Shown here: positions 59,289 to 64,000 of the stretch, one piece after another | How the letters are laid out: every line of letters starts with the position of its first letter | Numbering within the stretch: the stretch's first letter is position 1 | From: Candidatus Methylomirabilia bacterium | Lineage (GTDB): Bacteria; Methylomirabilota; Methylomirabilia; Rokubacteriales; CSP1-6 | Length of the DNA stretch: 64,000 nt | Direction of reading: 5' to 3' | NCBI GenBank assembly: GCA_041496385.1 | Contig: JBGQEL010000001.1 | Span: 1 to 64,000 of the forward strand | Position numbers and translations under genes: made by a program | The notes under the pieces: generated by a model | Told to the model about the DNA's origin: nothing | What the model saw: the letters and a program-made list of their open reading frames with translations, nothing else | Database searches by the model: none

Positions 59289-60968
59289 TCAGCGCCTCGC
59301 CGGCGGGTCCTGCAGCAGCTCGCGCGCGTGCCCACGCGCGGCCTCGGTGACCCGCTCGCCGCCGAGCATCCGCGCGATCTCCTCGACGCGCGCGTCGCCG
59401 GCCAGGAGCTCGGCGCTCACCCGCGTGCGTCCGGTCCGGACGCCCTTGGCGACCCGCACGTGGCGCTGGGCGCGCCCCGCGATCGGCGCGAGGTGCGTGA
59501 CACAGAGCACCTGGCGCCCCTCCGCCGCGGCGGCCAGCTTCTGCGCCACGACCGTCGCGACCCGGCCGCCGATCCCGGCATCCACCTCGTCGAAGACCAT
59601 CGTCGGAATGCGGTCCGCCTTCGCGAGCACCGTCTTGAACGCGAGGACGGCGCGCGAGAGCTCGCCGCCTGAGGCCACGCGCGACAGGGGCCGGAGCTCC
59701 TCGCCCGGATTCGTGGAGAGCCTGAACTCCGCGCGATCAAGGCCCCGAAAAGATATGTGCTCGATCGCGCCGTGTTCCAGTCCGATGCGGAACACCGCCC
59801 GTTCCATGCCGAGGGTCCGGAGCTCCCGCTCCACCAGCGGGGCGAGGCGCTCGGCCGCCGCGCGGCGACGCTCGGAGAGCGTGGCCGCGGCCTCCGTCAG
59901 CTCGGCGTGGAGCTCGGCGAGCAGCCGCTCTTGCGCCGCCAGCACCTCCTCGTGCCGGGCGAGCCGGTCGAGTTCCTCCGCGACCTGGTCGCGCAACCGG
60001 AGCATCGCGTCCTCGCTGTCCCCGTACTTGCGCTTCAGCCGCGTGAGGACGTCGAGGCGCTCGTCGATCGCCTCGAGCCGCCCCGGTTCGACACTGACCG
60101 CCTCGCGGAGCGCGCGGATCCGGGCGAGGGCCTCTTCGATCTGGACGGCGGCCGTGTCGAGGGCCTCCAGGGGTCCGGCGAACGTGGCGTCGATGCGGCC
60201 AAGATCCCCCAGGACCCGCGCCGCGCGGTGCAGACGGGCCGCCGCGGCGCCCTCGTCGTCGACGAGGAGCGCCGACGCCTCGACGAGCCCGGCCAGCAGG
60301 CGCTCCGCATGCTGCGCCCGCCGTCGCTCCTGCCGAAGCTCCTCCTCTTCGCCGGGGCGGAGCCGCGCGGCGTCGAGCTCGGACAGCTGGAAGCGAAGCA
60401 GATCCTCGCGCTGCGCCCGGTCACGCGCGGCCACACGGGTGCGCTCCACCTCCCCGCACGCCTCCCGGTGCTTCGCCACCAGCGAGCTGACGCGCTCGCG
60501 CAGATCCTCGGCGTCGGCGAATCGATCCAGCAGCTCGAGCTGGTGCGCGGCTTCGAGCAACCGCTGGTGCTCGTGCTGGCCGTGGACCTCGACCAGAAGG
60601 TCGCCGAGCCGCTCGAGGAGGGCCACGGTCACCGGTGAGTCGTTGATGAAGGCCCGATGGCGGCCCGCGCGCGCGAGCTCGCGTCGCACGACGACCTGGC
60701 CATCCTCGAGCCCCAGCCCCGCCTCCTCCAGCAGCGCCGCGGCAGGACTTCGCGGCCCGACATCGAAGAGCGCCTCGACCGTCGCCGCCTCGGCGTCGGT
60801 CCGGATCACGTCGCCCTGGGCGCGGGCGCCCCGCACCAGGAGGAGCGCGTCGATGAGAATGGATTTCCCCGCACCGGTCTCGCCCGTGAGCACGTTCAGA
60901 CCGGGGCCGAAGGGCACCGTGATGCGTTCGATCACGGCGAGGTTTCGGATGCGCAGCTCGCGCAGCAT
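59289..60968 (-). CDS. recN: DNA repair protein RecN
   Basis: TGETGAGKSI, HGQHEHQ, ASGGELSR, FDEVDAGIGG, VTHL. Confidence 0.97.
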   Translation of the reverse strand: MLRELRIRNLAVIERITVPFGPGLNVLTGETGAGKSILIDALLLVRGARAQGDVIRTDAEAATVEALFDVGPRSPAAALLEEAGLGLEDGQVVVRRELARAGRHRAFINDSPVTVALLERLGDLLVEVHGQHEHQRLLEAAHQLELLDRFADAEDLRERVSSLVAKHREACGEVERTRVAARDRAQREDLLRFQLSELDAARLRPGEEEELRQERRRAQHAERLLAGLVEASALLVDDEGAAAARLHRAARVLGDLGRIDATFAGPLEALDTAAVQIEEALARIRALREAVSVEPGRLEAIDERLDVLTRLKRKYGDSEDAMLRLRDQVAEELDRLARHEEVLAAQERLLAELHAELTEAAATLSERRRAAAERLAPLVERELRTLGMERAVFRIGLEHGAIEHISFRGLDRAEFRLSTNPGEELRPLSRVASGGELSRAVLAFKTVLAKADRIPTMVFDEVDAGIGGRVATVVAQKLAAAAEGRQVLCVTHLAPIAGRAQRHVRVAKGVRTGRTRVSAELLAGDARVEEIARMLGGERVTEAARGHARELLQDPPARR

Positions 60969-60975
60969 CGGATGA

Positions 60976-61004
60976 ATGCTAGGTCAGTCGCCCAGACCGC
61001 TCAA
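60976..61004 (-). promoter_or_regulatory. Sigma70 promoter of recN, predicted leaderless
   Basis: Minus strand TTGAGC-N17-TAGCAT-N7-ATG. Confidence 0.65.
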
Positions 61005-61027
61005 GCGGTATCCGAGGGGATACGGCG

Positions 61028-61885
61028 TTACCGCTCCCCCCACTTCAGCTTCGTCCGGAGTACCGAGAAGAACTCCTTGTGGGGGAAGCGGACGAGCCGG
61101 ATGCGGGGCCCCGCCTTCACCACGTCCACCGTGTCCCGCACCTTGAGGTTGATCCCGATCTGACCGTCCACCGTCGCCATCACCTCCTGGTCGGCCAGCA
61201 GGGTGACCTCGACGCGAAGGTTGCCCGGCAGCACAATCGGGCGGTTCGTGAGCGTGTGCGAGCAGATCGGCGTCAGCACGACCGCGTCCATCGTCGGGAA
61301 CAGGATCGGCCCGCCCGCCGAGAGGCTGTACGCGGTGGACCCCGTCGGCGTCGAAATGATCAGGCCGTCGGCGCGGTACGCCGTCGCGTGCTGCCCCTCG
61401 ATCGAAACGGCGAGGTCGATGATCCGGCTCATCGCCGACTTGGTGATCACGACGTCGTTGAGTGCGGCGTACTCGCAGAGTCGCTGACCGTTCCGGATGA
61501 CCCGGACGGTCAGCATCATGCGTTCGTCCACGACCATCCGCCCGGCGAGCACCGCCTCGAGCGCCGGAAGCATCTCGTCGAGCGTCGTCGCGGTGAGGAA
61601 GCCGAGGCCGCCCAGGTTCACGCCGAGGAGCGGGACCCCGAGATCGCCCACCGCCCGCGCCATCGAGAGCAGCGTGCCGTCACCGCCGAGCACGACCAGG
61701 AGATCCACCTGGGCGGGCAGCTCCGCCTTGCTGACCGAGGGCGCGCTCGCCGCGGGCACGAGCGCCGCGGTTTCCTTCTCCAGCACGGCGCCCAGGCGAC
61801 GCGCGCCGAGCCACGCGAGCAGATCCGTCACGACGCCCCGCGCCTCCGTCGCGCCCGGCTTCGCGACGATCCCGACGCGTTTCAC
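61028..61885 (-). CDS. nadK: NAD kinase
   Basis: GGDGT, GLGFL, LND, DGLIISTPTGSTAYSLSAGGP. Confidence 0.96.
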   Translation of the reverse strand: MKRVGIVAKPGATEARGVVTDLLAWLGARRLGAVLEKETAALVPAASAPSVSKAELPAQVDLLVVLGGDGTLLSMARAVGDLGVPLLGVNLGGLGFLTATTLDEMLPALEAVLAGRMVVDERMMLTVRVIRNGQRLCEYAALNDVVITKSAMSRIIDLAVSIEGQHATAYRADGLIISTPTGSTAYSLSAGGPILFPTMDAVVLTPICSHTLTNRPIVLPGNLRVEVTLLADQEVMATVDGQIGINLKVRDTVDVVKAGPRIRLVRFPHKEFFSVLRTKLKWGER

Positions 61886-62682
61886 GCGAGCGCCTCGACA
61901 CTCTTGTCGATCATGGACTCGAGGTCGGCGGCCGTGCGGCCATGCGACGAGCAGTGCAGGAAGAACTCGCGGTTGCCCTTCGGCCCGCGGAGCGGCGACG
62001 CCGTGCAGCCGAGCACGTGCCAGCCGCGCAGGACCGCGTAGCGGGCCAGCCGCTGGACGGCGGCGCGGTGCAGCGCGGGCTCGCGCACGACGCCGCCCTT
62101 GCCGACGTGCTCGCGCCCCACCTCGAATTGCGGCTTGACGAGCGCCACAACCTCGCCACGCGGCGCCAGGATGCCGAACACCGACGGTAGGATCTTCTCG
62201 AGGGAGATGAACGACACGTCGATGGTCGCGAGCGTCGGCTGCTCTCCGAAGATGCGCGAATCGAGCGCCCGCGCGTTGGTCTGCTCCATCACGATCACGC
62301 GCGGGTCCTTGCGGAGCTTCGCGTCGAGCTGCGCCGTCCCCACGTCCACCGCGAAGACGCGCGCCGCTCCCCGCTGGAGGAGACAGTCGGTGAAGCCGCC
62401 CGTCGAGGCCCCCACGTCGACACAGACGCGCCCGGCCACCTTCACGCGGAACGCGTCGAGCGCGTGGGCGATCTTCTCGCCGCCGCGACCGACGTACGGC
62501 GAGCGCCCTTGCAGCTCGACCGCCGCCCCGGCAGGCACGAGCGCGCCCGCCTTGTCCACGCGCTTGCCGTCGACGAGGACCTCGCCCGCCAGGATATGGC
62601 GGGCCGCCTGCTCCCGGCTCTCCACGAGCCCGCGGTCGACGACCAGGCGGTCGATCCGAACGCGCGCAGCGGGTTTCGCCAT
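61882..62682 (-). CDS. tlyA: TlyA-family rRNA 2'-O-methyltransferase
   Basis: S4 domain RIDRLVV, YVGRGGEK, DVGASTGGFTD, DVSFISL, KPQFE, GNREF; ATG 62682 (alternative 62691). Confidence 0.95.
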   Translation of the reverse strand: MAKPAARVRIDRLVVDRGLVESREQAARHILAGEVLVDGKRVDKAGALVPAGAAVELQGRSPYVGRGGEKIAHALDAFRVKVAGRVCVDVGASTGGFTDCLLQRGAARVFAVDVGTAQLDAKLRKDPRVIVMEQTNARALDSRIFGEQPTLATIDVSFISLEKILPSVFGILAPRGEVVALVKPQFEVGREHVGKGGVVREPALHRAAVQRLARYAVLRGWHVLGCTASPLRGPKGNREFFLHCSSHGRTAADLESMIDKSVEALA

Positions 62683-62689
62683 GGCCCTC

Positions 62690-62695
62690 ATTATA
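62690..62695 (-). promoter_or_regulatory. Perfect TATAAT 7 nt before tlyA ATG, overlapping the rhomboid TAA stop
   Basis: Minus strand gccTATAATgagggccATG. Confidence 0.5.
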
Positions 62696-63407
62696 GGCGA
62701 GCGCTCCGCCGCGGACGCAGCAGAAACAGCAGCACGATTCCCGCGAGAAACCCGCCGATGTGGGCGAACCACGCCGTTCCTCCTGTCTCGGCGCCTCCGT
62801 GGCTCGAGGCGCTCACCGTGATGAGGCCGTTCATGAACTGCACGACGATCCAGAAGCCGAGCACGATCAGCGCGGGGACGTACACGAGGCGCACGAAGAA
62901 CCCGAACACCAGCAGCACGAGCACTCGCGCATAGGGGAACAGGATCAGGTACGCGCCGAGCACGCCGGAGACGGCACCGCTGGCGCCGATCATCGGGACG
63001 GAGGATCCGGGATCCACGAGGACTTGCGCGGAGGCCGCCGCGACGCCGGCGAGCAGGTAAAAACCGAGAAAGCGCCCGTGACCGAGCGTGTCCTCGACGT
63101 TGTTCCCGAAGATCCAGAAGTAGAGCATGTTCCCGACGATGTGAAAGAGACCGCCGTGCAGGAACATGGCCGTGAAGATCGTGACGACCGGCGTCGGGAA
63201 CTCGTCGGTCATCGCACAGCTTCCCGTGAGGCGACACGGGACCAGGCCGAACTCGGCGACGAACGCCTGCGTCGCCTTCGAGGCGCCGGGCTCGGGCCCG
63301 AGCCCGAGCGAGGCCTGGTAGAGAAAGACGGCGACGTTCAGCGCGATGAGCGCCACGGTGATCGACGGGAAGGTCTCGCTCTGAACGTCGTCCTTGAGCG
63401 GTAGCAT
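62691..63407 (-). CDS. Rhomboid-family intramembrane serine protease
   Basis: MLPLKD, FLHGGLFHIVGNM, catalytic GASG, AWFAHIGG. Confidence 0.95.
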   Translation of the reverse strand: MLPLKDDVQSETFPSITVALIALNVAVFLYQASLGLGPEPGASKATQAFVAEFGLVPCRLTGSCAMTDEFPTPVVTIFTAMFLHGGLFHIVGNMLYFWIFGNNVEDTLGHGRFLGFYLLAGVAAASAQVLVDPGSSVPMIGASGAVSGVLGAYLILFPYARVLVLLVFGFFVRLVYVPALIVLGFWIVVQFMNGLITVSASSHGGAETGGTAWFAHIGGFLAGIVLLFLLRPRRSARL

Positions 63408-64000
63408 CAGCGCTCCGGAGGGAGCAGGACGACGACGGTGGGCCTGACGAGATAGCGCTCGGCCGCCGTGGCGACATCGGCCGGTGTCACCGCCGCGATC
63501 GCCTTTGCGTACCGCTCGGAAAAGTCCCGGCCGGCTCCGACCGCCTCGAAGAACGCGAGGTGCCACGCCTGGCGCGCGTTCGTGCGGCGGTCGAGGGCGA
63601 GGCTCCCGAGGATGTACGCCTTCGCCCGCGAGACCTCCTCCTCGCCCGCGGGCGCGCTGCGGATCCTGTCGAGCTCGTGGAGCACCCCCGCCTCCGCCGC
63701 GGCGGCATTCTGGCGCGCCGTACCCAGGTACGTCACGATGAAGGTCCGGCTCGTCCGGTACGGCGTCAGGACGCCGAGCGAGTACGCGAGTCCCCGCTTG
63801 TCCCGCAGCTCGACGAACAGCCGTCCGGCCATCCCGCCGCCCAGCACGGCGCCGAGAACCCTCACGGCCGGGTACGCGGGATCGGAGAGGCCGGGGCCGA
63901 GATAGCCGACCAGGATCTGCGCCTGCTGAGCGGGCCGTTCGATCACCCGGCGACCGCCCTGCGGCATTTCGGGCGGCGGCGGCTCGGTGAGCTCGACCCC
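63407..64000 (-). CDS. M16 (pitrilysin/insulinase) family peptidase, C-terminal part (5'-truncated by window edge)
   Basis: LGGGMAGRLFVELRDKRGLAYS, EEEVSRAK, IAAVTPADV. Confidence 0.88.
   Translation of the reverse strand, partial: GVELTEPPPPEMPQGGRRVIERPAQQAQILVGYLGPGLSDPAYPAVRVLGAVLGGGMAGRLFVELRDKRGLAYSLGVLTPYRTSRTFIVTYLGTARQNAAAAEAGVLHELDRIRSAPAGEEEVSRAKAYILGSLALDRRTNARQAWHLAFFEAVGAGRDFSERYAKAIAAVTPADVATAAERYLVRPTVVVLLPPER

Noticed and set aside
52805..60968. Two SMC-family ATPases as a Wadjet/MksBEF-type defence system
   Set aside because: They are canonical Smc (with ScpA/ScpB at 15.3-16.6 kb) and RecN (tlyA-nadK-recN context); no jetABD-like genes are present.
61882..62682. tlyA as a haemolysin/virulence factor
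   Set aside because: The S4 plus FtsJ-like methyltransferase architecture and housekeeping context indicate rRNA methylation.

Overview
This window is a very GC-rich bacterial core-genome region. It looks like Rokubacteria/Methylomirabilota, which is my inference from GC content and gene order, not a database result. I count 59 housekeeping CDSs, all on the minus strand, running from a partial M16 peptidase at the right end to a partial miaA at the left end. In transcription order: M16 peptidase-rhomboid-tlyA-nadK-recN-secA-smc-RodZ-like-ftsY-ribD-ribE-ribBA-ribH-nusB-metallophosphoesterase-lnt-prfB (+1 programmed frameshift)-lysS-lolC/E-lolD-clpC-bamA-skp-lpxD-lpxA-GnnA-like oxidoreductase-lpxI-lpxB-DUF374-waaA-lpxK-waaF-4x GT4-gmhB-rfaE1-rfaE2-waaC-GT2-trpS-scpA-scpB-rluB-pheA-hisC-tyrA-aroA-cmk-plsC-rpsA-sppA (1-nt frameshift)-ihfB-HIT-mutS-mutL-miaA. 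I found no mobile element, CRISPR array, tRNA/rRNA, defence island or unexplained ORF, so I cannot support a claim of a new multi-gene system. The most interesting signals are small. (1) A structured REP-like tandem repeat with a compensatory stem change lies between mutL and miaA, with a collapsed copy after aroA. (2) Several promoters have a -10 box 6-8 nt from the start codon, suggesting leaderless mRNAs. (3) sppA probably starts at ATT and carries a frameshift. (4) The lipid A pathway is non-enteric (GnnA-like, LpxI, DUF374/LpxJ-like, atypical LpxA motif). (5) TrpRS carries a [4Fe-4S]-type cysteine motif. (6) Candidate operator palindromes sit at recN and clpC.
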